Made by a program: the position numbers and the translations under genes. From Lama guanicoe (taxonomy: Eukaryota), in NCBI GenBank assembly GCA_013239625.1, contig MU053629.1:1019567-1083566 (forward strand): a stretch of 64,000 bases of DNA, given 5' to 3'. Position 1 is the first letter of the stretch. Each line of letters opens with the position of its first letter. The notes under the pieces are model-generated. The model was not told where the DNA came from. It did not search any database and saw only the letters and a list, made by a program, of their open reading frames with translations. This document shows positions 13,713 to 25,870 of the stretch, one piece after another.

Positions 13713-14012
13713 CCCAATAGCTTTACACTGAAGAATCAACATGCTTTCGTTGCATTACAAAAAAGAAAACCCATCTGAACAGCTAAAGACTTAATAAATT
13801 AAAAGTCGTATTCCCTTTGGAGTCCTCTTTTCACATACGCCCCCACCTAATGTTTCTACAGTAGTTTGTTATGGAAATAACCCTTATGACATCCCAATTC
13901 TGTAATCCCATTCTACTCAACAGAGGGTCCTATATCTAAACATTCACAAAATATTATTAGCAATCCTTATAGAAATTTTCCTTAGAAAAGGAATTAAGGT
14001 TTGAAATTTTAC

Positions 14013-14121
14013 CTGGGCATTTTACATCCATAAAGTAAGAATTTGGACTTTGAACCAGTCGTTTCTTTTTATGTTTTTTCTTTTCCTCTTCCAAGGAAGG
14101 ATGCAGTAAATCTCTAGCCAA
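14013..14121 (-). CDS. RPS27L: RPS27L exon 2 (109 nt)
   Basis: ttcag|TTG GCT AGA...TGC CCA G|gtaaaa; encodes [36 protein letters not shown](G). Confidence 0.97.
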
Positions 14122-14837
14122 CTGAATAAAAAAAGCGTATTACTACTAGACGGAAACCACAACTCTGGCAGATTTAACCATATGTGAAATATACATACAA
14201 AAACAGGGATAACAGCCATAGCAGAGGTAACCCTTGGATGTTTATTTTTCAAAGCCTGCTAACTTTCATTAATACTTTTTATAATGCTTGCGTTCTCCAA
14301 GTCCTGGTAAAGGGACTCTACGACGCCCAGGAGACATATGGTAGGGTTAGCCTCGTTGTTTACTTAACTAAATATCAGTCTCCAGTGAATATCACCTCCA
14401 GTGAGGTGCCAAGTAAGACCGTGATCCCGACCCTGGACCCGCTGGGAGTAGAAACTGCCGAGGCAGACGCGGAGACTGCCAACACCGAAGTGATTTCTGC
14501 CCCCGAGGTTCAACATCTGATCTGACAGGAACTCGAAGCGGCTGACGCGTAACCGTCCTTGATAGAGTTAATACCTATGGCAACTGCGGAGACAGTTTTT
14601 TAAAAGGAAACAGGCAGGAAATCGCTTCCGAGAAGGCAGAGGGGACAAGAACCACGAAGCGAGAGCAGAGCAAGAAAACTTGAACGATCACAGCCCCGCG
14701 GTGCCCACCGAGACCCTAGAGGGCGGAGTAAGTTGCGCGAGGAGCTGCCCGCTCCCAGCCGCGACTCCAGCCCGCAGCCCAGAACGGCCGCGGTCCTCCC
14801 CGCTCCACGCCCAGGCAGGGCCCGGCACGCGCTGCCC

Positions 14838-14857
14838 GGGCAAGTCCCGGCAAGTCC
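14838..14857. promoter_or_regulatory. p53 response element in RPS27L intron 1
   Basis: GGGCAAGTCC CGGCAAGTCC: two RRRCWWGYYY half-sites (10/10 and 9/10) with zero spacer. RPS27L is an established p53 target through intron 1. Confidence 0.85.
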
Positions 14858-15012
14858 GCCACGCGCGGAAGAGCCGCGCGATCCGAGCCGCCGAGCCGCC
14901 CCCGGCTGAGAGCCCCCGGGGCCCGCGGGGCCCGCGGGCTAACCGCCCCCGGGACCCCTCGGCCGGCAGAGAAGGCCGAAACAAACGCGGACCCCGAAAG
15001 TAAACAACTCAC

Positions 15013-15018
15013 AGGCAT
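15013..15018 (-). CDS. RPS27L: RPS27L coding exon 1 (Met-Pro)
   Basis: Minus strand reads gacATGCCT|gtgagt: 6 coding nt then a consensus donor, inside a CpG island. It joins in frame with exons 2-4. Confidence 0.95.
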
Positions 15019-16329
15019 GTCGACCGTTTCGCCTGCCCAGCCCGTCCAGATCTCTAAGGCGACACCCCTAGCGAGCAGCACGCGATCGGGCTCGCAGCGT
15101 CAACTTCCGGGATAGAGGAGGCTGGCAGGAGCGGAGCGACGGGCGCGGCGGTCCGGTCCACTCTAGGCGCTCCTCTCGGTGGTGGGGCGGGCTCCGGCCC
15201 GGCGAAGGGAGCGCGGAGCGGCGCGCCCATCCGAGATCAAAGCTCGCGAACACATGGGGCTCCTGGGCCAGGGCCGCCGTCCTCAGGGCTCGGCCCTGGG
15301 CCAGTGGTGCCCGGGGCCAGGCTCAGGCGGTGTGTGCACGGCTGGGAAGCCTCCTTGGGCTCCAGGAGTGCCGGCGCGGGTGCACAGAGGACCCGGGTGG
15401 GCACGCTGGGCGCTCTTCCACGGCCTCCCCGCCAGGCCCCCCGCTCTCGGACCGCCCTGCGGGAGGGCACACGGACGATGCCTCTCTTCTGTTCTTTTGT
15501 GTATTAAAAACAGTATTACTAATTAAAGCCATTAACACATGCCAGCGAGCTTGTGAAAGAGGCTCGTACACTTGCGCATCCAGCTTCCAAGGTACCAGTT
15601 ACTAAGTTCTTTGCGGGATGCAGCTGTTGCCTTGGGTTTGCTTGGCCCTGAAAAAGTTTTCAAGAAGCACCGATTCATTGCCGAGCTTAGTTCACCATGT
15701 GGCTCTTTCCTGTCCTCCGAGGATCATACTTTCCAGAGCGGACAACTCGGGCCTGAAGAAACGGTGTCACCGATAGCCAGACTTGAAACATTTTTGATGA
15801 GGAGGGCAGTCCTGTGGACTGGGTGTGAGTGAGTGTGGTCAAAAGCTAAGAAACCAGAGAGACGACCAGAAAAATGTCCTAGGTACACGTTCTCAATCAA
15901 CTTTTATTTCCCTTCGAAAAACTAATACATGTATTAAACACATTTTGGAAAATGCAGAAAAATAGAAGAAAATTGAAATCACTGTCCAGAGATAAACATT
16001 GTTAACATTTTGACCTGTATCCTTCCAAACATTTTTTTATTCACTGGCATATAGATTTCTTTTGGGCTTTGGTTTTACATAATTGGTATCTTCTTGTGCA
16101 TATTCTTTTATAGGCTTGGTCCCTTCCCTTGCTGTGTAATGAACAGGACTCCATGTTACTATATATTCTCTTAACATGACTGTTGGCCCACACATAGCAT
16201 TCATCCTGTGAATACATATCCTTATTTCATCCATACACTAAATTGGACGTTAGGGCTGGATTTTTAAATACTTGTCATATAAAATATTACTAAATATTTT
16301 CAGACAGATAAGGATATGGAATAATACAA

Positions 16330-17215
16330 CTGTGTATGCAGAATCATGACCCCCCAAAACTTCAATGTCTTATTCCCCAGGACCTGTAAATTATAGGGCA
16401 AGTGGAAGTAGGTTGCTAATTAGCTGGGTTTAAACTAGGAAAATTATCCTGGATTATCTGTGTAGACCCAGTATAATAACAAACATCCTTAAAAGTGGAA
16501 GAGGAAGAGATAGAGATGTGGTGATGAAAGTATCTGAGAGATACCACATTGCTGGCTTTAAAGATGGAAAAAGGGAGTGAGTCAAGGACTGTGGGTAGAC
16601 TAGAAGCTTGAAAAGGCAGAGCTATGGGACTCTTCCCCTAGAGCCTCCAGAAGGACATTGCCCTGCCTCAATTTTAGCCCAGCGAGACCTCAGACAGACA
16701 CAGTAAGATAACAAATTTGTGTTGTTGTATTTATTTTTATTGGATACATTTGACATGTAACATTGTAGAAATTTAAGGTGTGCTTGTGTTACTTTGATAC
16801 ATTTATACATTGTCATATGGTTGCCATTGTGAGGGAAGTTATCACACTACATTCTTAGAGTATAATATTATTGTCTATGTTCAGTAAACTGACCGTAAAG
16901 CTCAGTGGCAATTTTAGTGCTCATTACAAGTTTGTACCCTTTAACACCATCAGTCTTCCCCCCTACCCCGGTTCCCTGGTAACCACCATTTTACTCTCTG
17001 TTTTGGGGTTTTTTTTTAATTTTTTTTTACATTTTTGATTATTTTAGATTTCACATATAAGTGACAATATACAGTACTTGTCTTTCTCTGTCTGGCTTAT
17101 CTCACTTAGCATAATGTGCTCAAGGTCCATCCATGTTGTTGCAAGTAAATTTATGTTGTTTTAAGCTACTGACTTTTTGGTAATTTGTTACAGCAACAAT
17201 AGAAAACTAATACAA
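16330..17215 (+). mobile_element. MLT1C/D LTR interrupted by a minus-strand L1 3' end (16727-17146)
   Basis: TSD aaattt(g/a)tgttgtt at 16713-16726 and 17147-17160; the LTR resumes with ttaagctact..gtaatttgttacagcaacaatagaaaactaataca. Confidence 0.85.
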
Positions 17216-18084
17216 TAATGAAGACCCCCTCTACCCACCACCCAACTCTGTAAAATCTTAACACTCCATCCTCCCAATTTTTCACTATTAAAGTGACACT
17301 GTAGATAAGTCTTTGTGTACCACCCTGATTATTTCTTTAGAACTAAGTTTCCTAAGGGAGGAATTGCTGAGTCAAAGTTATGCACATTTTAAGGTTTATA
17401 ATATAAACAGCCAAATTACCCTCCAGAAAAGTCAGACTAATTTACAATCTGTATGCAAAAGTTTGAGAATACTCCTTTCTTGGCATCCTTGACAGTACTG
17501 GATTTTTCCTGTCTCAGTCCATCCAAAAGAAGTAAATGGTATTTTGTCATAATACTGTATATTATGAAATGGTAAATGAAACTCTGTTGTAAGTCAGCCA
17601 TGAAAGTTGAGAGCAGTCGCTTGCAAATGTCTGGAGCTGTCATTGCCTTCCCCTAATTTTAAGGACAACATTGTGTTGTCAGATCTCGAGTGCCTAATGA
17701 AGACATTTAGAGATACATTCTCTTTCTAGCAAAATTATCTTACACTGTCACCATTGATTGAACAACAACAACAACAACAACCCCACAAAAACAACAAAGA
17801 AATGTGAGAGACTACCCTCAGCATTTATTTAAACATTGAAAATACTTAATTTTGGAAACTATGCCATCTTCTCATTTCCCCATAGACTAGTAAGAAAAAC
17901 TTCACCATGTACTAGAGTCTGGGAACTACTCTCTGGAAAGTCTCCAAATACTGGCAGGGATGATAAGAATAATTATTAAAGAAAATTCATTTTCCTATAA
18001 ACTCTTCCATCTCTTCTTTCTACTCAAGATCTCAACTCTTTGCACATAATTTATATCCTTTCCCTCCATTTTTTAAAGTGTTTT

Positions 18085-18196
18085 TATTTTGGGGGGGTAG
18101 GTAATTTGGTTTATTTATTTTATTTTATTTTTTGATTGAACCCAGGACCTCATGCATGCTAAGGACACAGTCTACCACTGGACTATACCCTCCCCT
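18085..18196 (-). mobile_element. vic-1-type tRNA-derived SINE
   Basis: gattgaacccaggacctcatgcatgcta..ctaccactggactataccctcccc. Confidence 0.8.
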
Positions 18197-18647
18197 GCTA
18201 CATTTTTAAATTGTAATAAAAAAACAAAAAAACCACACATGAAATTAACCATCTTAAAATTTTTTGTCATATTTCACTTTTGTTTTCATTATTTTTCATC
18301 TGCTTATTGGCCGTTAACAGTTCTGTTGAAATGATCATGTGTTTGTTCTTTATATATCCTTCCATATGAAGGATATTAACCATTGATTGTAGATGCTGCA
18401 TATATTTTTCCCAGTTTGTTTCCTATTAATTTTTTTCTATTAATTTTGTTTCTTGGAGATTTTTTTAATCACACTGGAATTTTAAATTTCATATAATATA
18501 AATAGATACATGTATATATTTCAAACCTATAAATGTTTCCATTTTGCTATTGTGTTCAGACAGACCTTGGCCACTTTAGGTTTAATTAAATATTTGCCCA
18601 TGGTTTCTTCTAATTCTTTTGTTGTAATATTTAATCTTTAACTTTTT

Positions 18648-18779
18648 GAAAAGTTTATCTTTATTTTTATTTATTTATTTATTTTTTAGTGGCGATATGG
18701 GGGGTTGAACCCAGGACTTCGTACACGCTCATGCATGCTAAGCATGATCTCTGCTGCTGAGCTCTACACCCCCACCCCC
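18648..18779 (-). mobile_element. vic-1-type SINE with TSD
   Basis: TSD atctttaacttttt at 18634-18647 and 18780-18793. Confidence 0.85.
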
Positions 18780-19934
18780 ATCTTTAACTTTTTAATTAAC
18801 CTGGAATTTATTTTGGCACTGGATGTGTAGTATGTCTCAGAGCAATTTCTAATGATCAGGCCTAGTTATTGCTTCAGTTCCTTAGCCAATGCCTAGCACA
18901 ATGTCAAAACCCTTCAACTTCTGAGACACTGTGATAGCGTGAGAAATAAAACTCAAGGTCTTCATAGACCTGGCTCTATTTATAATCCCACCTCCTCCTT
19001 CAAAGCTAAGTTTCTCCTAACATATCCCCAGGCCCTTGCACTGATGGCAGAAAAGGGGACACGCAGGCAGGTGCGGGGACCCAGAGTCCCTCTGCCTTGG
19101 CAGCCTGCTTGCAGGGGTCCCGCACAAGGAGCTCCCGCCTGGCTTCCCAGAGAACCTGGGAAGTGCCACTTGGGGTTCTGTGTGCTGCCTTCGAACTTTC
19201 CAGCTGTTCTGTCTGGCCAGGTCTGAGAAGATGCTGCTGAAGCCTCCCATCCAGCACACGGCTGCCTTCACCTCCACTGCACCACCACCTCCACTCCCTT
19301 CCTCTGTCAAACTGCAGAGGCTGGGAAACTCACAGGTGTTCACATTAAGCCAGGAACCCATTGGTGCTAAATTTCAAGCCAGCCAAGACCGTTCTAAATA
19401 GATCAGATCCCCACTTTCCCCTGCCTTGGAGCTCCTCAGGCCTATGCTTTTTTTTTTTTTTTCCCCAGGAAGATGGTCAGAGGTTTAGTTTAGTCTTAAT
19501 TTTAAGAAATGCAAGGTGTGAGGTAGGGCTCTCAAGCTCACTTTTCATCCCTTTGCCTTTCCACGTACTTTTCTGAGAAGCTCAGAGAAATCCATGTCAT
19601 CAGCAAACTATAACAAGGTTGCATTCTTTTTCTCCTCCTTCTACTGTCCACCTGTTGGCAGGTTTCAAAGCACGTGTGGCTTATTCTCAACACATTTCTG
19701 AAATCAGCAGCAACTTCTGAAATCCACCTCTTCTCTGCACACCAGTTCTCCAGCAGGGTCACAGCCGTTGTCTCCAAAGCTCCACTGTTGGGGTTGCAGT
19801 CCATCCACCATTTATGAGGATGCTCCCATCTATGAGGGGTAAGGGTCTCAGATGCAAACTCTGGTGTCTTTTTGTTTATTTTCCATACCAACTTAATTTT
19901 TGACTGTGGCTGAGCCCCCGTTGAGCTGGTACTC

Positions 19935-20940
19935 TAGCCCAAAACTCATATATTGAACCCTAACCCCTAACGTGATGATCTCTCAGGGCAGGGTCTGTGG
20001 GAGGCTGTTAGGTCATTAGGATGCAGCTCTCACGTTAGAATTGTTGCTGAACCCAAGTTCGTGTGCCCGACCCACAGTGAGATGAGACCAAACAAACCGA
20101 AACGTTGGAGTTGGGAGCAGAGAAAGGTTTATCGCAGGGCCGAGCAAGGAGGACGGGTGGCTCCTGCTCAAAAGATCCAAACTCCTCCATGGGCTTCAGG
20201 GAAGCCTTTTTAAAGGCAGAGAGGGAGGGGAGTCAGAGGGTATGTTAACCAGAGAATTGTGGTTGATGGTGAGGTGAAGGGGCGGTGTTAGAGGGTTAAC
20301 GTTGTCAATCCTTAGGCTCCAGTAGGTCTGGAGGCTCTGAGCTCATGGTCACCAAGTAGTTAACTTCTTCTATTCGGTGAGGGTTTCAGCACCTGTAAAA
20401 CAACTCAGGAAATGTGCATCAGATACTGTTATCTAAGTACTTCAGGGAGGAACTAAAGATTCTGTGACTGCCATGTGGCTGATTTACTGTTTAAATTCTT
20501 ACCAGTTCTCTCCTGGCCCAACTGCTATTGTTGTCATTACATGTTCACGTCCTTTCAATCATTAATTCTCGAGCCAGGCTTTTCTGACTCAGGGGAGGCC
20601 TGGGAAATACCGCTTTTCTACAAACAAGAGGCATGCAGAGGACATGGTTGAGGGGTGGGGGTCTGTCCTGGAAGGCCCCATAGGGTCCTGCTCAGTTACA
20701 GAATTAGTGCCATTAAAAAACAGGTCTCAGAGAGCTCCCTCACTCCTTCTGTCACATAAGGACACAGTGAGAAGGATGCCACCTGTAAGCCAGGAAGCAG
20801 GCTCTCACCAGACACCAATCTGCTCACTGATGCCTTGACCTTAGGCTTCCCAGCCTCCAGAACTGTTAAGAAATAAACATCTATTTTTTAAGCCACCCAG
20901 TCTATAATATTTTGTTATAGCAGCCCAAACACACTGAGAT
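19935..20940 (+). mobile_element. MLT1A/MST-type LTR, host of a nested ERV LTR
   Basis: aaactcatatattgaaccctaacccctaacgtgatg.. resumes after 20700 with gaattagtgcc..ccagcctccagaactgt..aataaa..ttgttatagcagccc. Confidence 0.8.
20042..20700 (-). mobile_element. ERV1-class solo LTR (659 bp)
   Basis: TG...CA termini and a perfect 4-bp TSD gaat (20038-20041 and 20701-20704). Confidence 0.85.
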
Positions 20941-21364
20941 AGCTGGCCTGGCAGAGCATTTCACCTCATTCTTGAGGACTGTGCCAGGTTTTCTTTATGT
21001 GTCCCCCACCGGATCTCCATCCTTCATCCTGCTCTGTGCCCGGGAGGCTGACTTTGATGGGCTGTTTCAGCCGGCTTCTCTTGCCCTCTCGTTTCTAGTT
21101 GGGTTGGGCCTCTTTTGAGTGGGTCATCTGTGATCTGCCAGGATCCCTGCCGGGATAAGCTCCCTTTCAGCCTAGAATGCTTTTCCGATGTGGCCCATCT
21201 GCTTCTCAGTCATCAATCTAACCAGGTCACTGCGCGGATGTCCGCTGTCCCTGTCTGTGCAGCCCTTCAGGTGTGACAGGGCGTGACTCCTCCCGTTCTG
21301 TGCTTGAGATGGGCATGGGAATCTTAAGGGAGATGGCATGGAGTCCTGGCCATGCAGATCTTTC

Positions 21365-21517
21365 CACTTTGTGGACCAGCAGCATTGGGATCACTGGGAA
21401 TTTTTTGGAAATACAGACTCTCAGGCCCCACCCAGACCTACTGAGTCAGAATCTACATTTTAACAAGATCCCCTGGTGATTTGTGTATGTATCCCAGTGT
21501 GAAAAGCACTGGCCTAG
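21365..21517. mobile_element. MER5A-like hAT MITE
   Basis: ggaccagcagcatt..ctcaggccccacccagacctactgagtcagaatctacattttaacaagatcccc..gaaaagcactgg. Confidence 0.85.
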
Positions 21518-22599
21518 ATACACCACACTGCCATTCTCTCCGGAGTCTTCCTAACTCCCCAGTGGGGCTGTCAGGAAGCCAGAACCCAGATTCTTACTAT
21601 CCCAGGGTAACAAATGAAGGCTGTTTCTCCAGATTGGAGCAGGGAAGCTCCCCACTTCCCCTGCTTTTCCAAAATGTTTTGTTCATTTGGCAAATCTCAT
21701 TCCCTCTTGCCATGTCTAGGAACCCTTTAAGTCAATGATATTCAAACTTGATTGCATATTGGAATCACCAAAGGTGTGTCCTAGGTCAATTAAATGAGAG
21801 TATTTGGGGGTGAGAGCTAGGTGGCAGTGTCTTAAAAACTGCCCAGGTTTTTCCATGAGGAGCCAAGTTTGAAAACCACTGCTCTGTGTTCTCTGGAGGG
21901 CTTGACATTTTCAGAAGCAAAGCCCAGAAAGAACTCCAGGCTACTCTTGCTTAAAGGTAGAAAGGGGTAAATAACAGAGAGAGAAAAATCATTTATTAAT
22001 TCAGAATACCCAGGCTCAGTAGCCAGGCGAGCTGTCTCAGCACTGCCTTGCCGGCCTTGGTGCTCAGGTCTCTGGTCTTCTCCTCCCTCTGCTTCGCTTC
22101 CTGCAAACCCTCTCCTGATCAACCCGAGCCTCCAGGGAAGACAGTGAGCTACTCGGACGGAATCCAGGTACTCCCTCAAACTTCATTGTCTTCCCGCAGC
22201 TCGTTGTAGTAGAGATGCTTTGTGAAGATGCTGAAGTCAGCAGCAACATAGGCAAATATAATCGCTCCCCTTTCTCAGATCCTCCAGCACTCACTGCCTC
22301 CATTAGTCATTTCTCAGTAACCACTGCTGCCTTGTGTGCTGTGTCTTTTTATGCTCTTGTACTGCAAATTCACTTTCCTTGGGTCTGTGTCTTCTCTTCC
22401 CGAGTCCATAGGGTTCTCCAAATCGGCACTGGGTCTCATCTCCCACATGCCCAGGACAGTGCTGAATAAGCAGAGGAATATGTCCACTGAGTGCCCTACT
22501 TAACAGAACTGGTTTGATGGTCATTCTCTGAGGACTAACTGTTCCACCTTTGGTTTATCTGGAACCCTTTTTTCTGGTCATAACTTTACTAGGTTCTTC

Positions 22600-24028
22600 T
22601 CACTCCCCCCATTCCCCTGCCTTTTTAAAAAATTATAGTTGATTTACAATGTTGTGTTAGTTTTGGGTGTACAGCAAAGTGATTCAGTTATACACATATA
22701 TATATCTTTTTCATATTTTTTCATTATATGTTATTATAAGATATTGAATATAGTCCCCTATGCTATACAGTAGGACCTTGTTGTTTATCTATTTTATGTA
22801 TAGAAGTGTGTATCTGCAAATCCCAGACTCTTAATATATCCCTTCCCCATCCCGTTCCCCTTCAGTAACCATAATTTTGTTTCCTATATGTCAATCTCTT
22901 TCTGTTTTGTAAATAAGTTCGTTTGTATCATTTTTAAGCTTCCATATATAAGTGACATCATATGATATTTGTCTTCCTCTGAATGACTTGCTTCATTTAG
23001 TATGATAATCTCTAGGTCCGCACATATTGCTGCAAATGGCATTATTTTATTCTTTTTTATGGCGGAGTGGCGTTCCACTGTATATATATACCACATCTTC
23101 TTTATCTAGTTATCTGTCAATGGACATTTAGGTTGCTCCCATGTCTTGGCTATTGTAAATAGTGCTGTGTGAACATTGGGGTGCATGTATCTTTTTAAAT
23201 TAGTTTTCTCTGGATATATGCCTAGGAGTGGGATTGCTGGATCACATGGTAACTCTATTTTCAGTTTTTAAAAGAACCTCCATACTGTTTTTCATAATGA
23301 CTGCACCAAATTACATTCCCACTAACAGTATAAGAGGATTCCCTTTTCTCCACACCCTCTCTAGCATTTATTGTTTGTGGACTTTTTAATGATGGCCACG
23401 CTGACTGATGTGAGGTGACACCTCATTGTAGTTTGAATTTGCGTTTCTCTGATAATTAGTGATGTTGAGTATCTTTTCATGTACCTATTGGCCATCTGTG
23501 TGCCTTCTTTAGAGAAATGTCTATTTAGGTCTTCTGCCCATTTTTTGTTTGGGTTGTTTGGGGTTATTTGTTAGTGAGTTGTATGAACTGTTTGTATATT
23601 CTAGAAATTAATCCCTTGTTGATTGCATCATTTGCAAATATTTTCTGGCATTCCATTGGTTATCTTTTTGTTTTGTTTATGGTTTCCTTTGCTGTTCAAA
23701 GTTGGTAAGTTTGATGAGTTCCCATTTATTTATTTTTGCTTTTATTTCTATTGCCTTGGGAGACTGACCTAGGAAAACACTGATGCAATTTATATCAGAG
23801 ACTGTTTTGCCTATGTTTTCTTCTAGGAGTTTTGTGGTGTCCTGTCTTATATTTAAGTCTTTAAGTCATTTTCAGTTTGTTTTTGCTTGTGGTGTGAGAA
23901 AGTGCTCTAACTTCATTGATTTATATGTGGCTGTCCAGCTTTCCTAACACCACTTGCTGAAGAGACTGTCTTTTCTCCATTGCATATTCTTGCCTGTGTC
24001 AAAGATTAACTGACTGTATGTGTGTTGC
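22600..24028 (-). mobile_element. L1 3' end (~1.4 kb) with perfect 14-bp TSD
   Basis: TSD ttactaggttcttc at 22586-22599 and 24029-24042; ORF 22884-23096 (MWYIYTVERHSAIKKNKIMPFAA) is the ORF2 C-terminus. Confidence 0.92.
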
Positions 24029-25739
24029 TTACTAGGTTCTTCATTCATGCCTTTGGTCTTCCACTGCCTTAACTTGGTGTGATGAAAACATCAAAGGACA
24101 ACTGAATTCTGGCCAAGCTTCCATTAGCTTGCTTCTAAAATTGGGGAGATAATTCTATGTCATTGTAGGGTTAATGAGATACTGTAGTGAGCTCTTCCCC
24201 TGGAATGTGCGTAGAAGCAAAATAAATAAAAATCATTCTGTTTTTCCATTAGATAAAAGCCGCTTAAAAGGCTAATAGGTCAAAGGGCTCAAAATATTAA
24301 GAATGGTGTTCTATTTATTCACATTAAAAAACTGATTCAACTATTTATGGAATGTCTGCTATATACAAAGCAGCAGGCAATGCAAACCCTGTTTCCTAGG
24401 AGCCCAGACACTTTTGAACTCTATTAGCTGCTTAACCACTTTAAGTTGTTTCCCTGTCTGTGAAGTGAAACTATTTATGCTTATTTCATCAAGGTATATG
24501 AAGATAAAATGAGACATTTGTAAAGTACATAGTATACTGCAAGTGCTCAATAAATGCCAAGTGTAATTCCTAGAGCTTGTTGATGATAGAGAAATCGGTG
24601 GGCTTGGGGAACCTTGGGCTGATGGTGGTTTCCCTCCTAAGGACTTGTAAAATGAAAAGCTTTTACAATAGTTCTGCCTTAAGGAAGATTATGAATATAT
24701 TCCAACTGCAGACACTACTTATGGGAGTCTTAATGTTTGATTTGAAAGCTGAGAGACTGTTCTTTCAAAATCCAATAGGTGGCATAAGAAGCCATTTGTG
24801 CAGGGCAAACACCGGCCAGCAGAGAGCTTTATGTTTCCTTTTCCAGAAGGCCCTCGCCTTGGACATGTCTTCCTAGTCTGTCACATGGTCACTCCACCAG
24901 AAGCTGTGCATAATAGATTCTTTAAACATATAGACCATGATCCTTATGGAGTTCCCTAAAGAAAAAAAGGGATGTGGTCTAGAAAGCAGTTGAGAGTGAG
25001 TCTAGTCTTCCCCAAGTATTTCCCCTTGAATATTCCACTCATCTGAAACCAGTTAATTAAATTCTCAAGTACTTAAATTCCAAATTGCCCTTACATAGAA
25101 ATTAAGTACGTTGTCGATAGATACATTTCTTTATAGAGACACATGGTCCAAAAGTCTAGTAGAAGGTCCGTCGTCATTGTTACCAGCGCCGGCTCTAAAG
25201 CAGCCGGGCACTGGTAGGCGAGCTGGAAGGACAGCTGTGCTGCTCATCTGCAGCACATGCTAATTTCTGTGACTGTCTCTACCGCAGCCAGTTTCAAGTA
25301 CTAAGATGAAGTCACTTAACCCCGAGTAGGGAAGAGATGAGCACAGTCTCCTGATCAGGTAACGCCCAAGTCATATTTTAGGAATATTTCCATTATCATC
25401 AGAACGGCTAATGAAATATCCATATTGATGACATGGGGCTTCCTTTTCTCTTTCCTCTGATCAAAAGCAGAGAGTGAGAATCAAAAATGGGAGGAAGACT
25501 AGACTGCTAGACTAACCCAAACTGGGTGATTGAGTAAAGAAGATGTGACGTATTAGATCACTTCGTCTGCCTGAGCAGACACATAACAGGGGAAGAGCCC
25601 TGTAAGGCGGTACTTTCTGATTTACTAATACAGAGGTAACGTATTAAATGTAGAATTTCAGGTGAGGAAGGGACAATCCATTGCAATTTTAGACAGCTCT
25701 AACTGTTCCTTATATTGTGTCAAAATCTATTTGCTTTAG

Positions 25740-25870
25740 TGGGGAGGGTATAGCTCAAGCGGTAGAGCGCATGCTTGGCATGCACGAGGTCCTGGGTTCA
25801 ACCCCCAGTACCTCCTCTTAAAAATAAATAATGGACCTAATTACCCCCCCCAAAAAGAACCCACCAAAAA
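25740..25870 (+). mobile_element. vic-1-type tRNA-Ala-derived SINE, well preserved
   Basis: ggggagggtatagctcaagcggtagagcgcatgcttggcatgcacgaggtcctgggttcaacccccagtacctcc followed by an A-rich tail and cctaattacccccc. Confidence 0.9.

Larger units (their letters stand above)
14420..15600. promoter_or_regulatory. RPS27L: CpG island / RPS27L promoter and 5' part of intron 1
   Basis: Very high GC and CpG density around exon 1; ETS-type CCGGAAGT on the minus strand at 15103-15110; GC box near 15184. Confidence 0.9.

Noticed and set aside
14680..15832. Many overlapping Arg/Pro/Gly-rich ORFs
   Set aside because: Artefact of CpG-island composition.
25740..25816. Functional tRNA-Ala gene
   Set aside because: Followed by the SINE-specific tail shared with five other dispersed copies; stem mismatches; no immediate T-run terminator.
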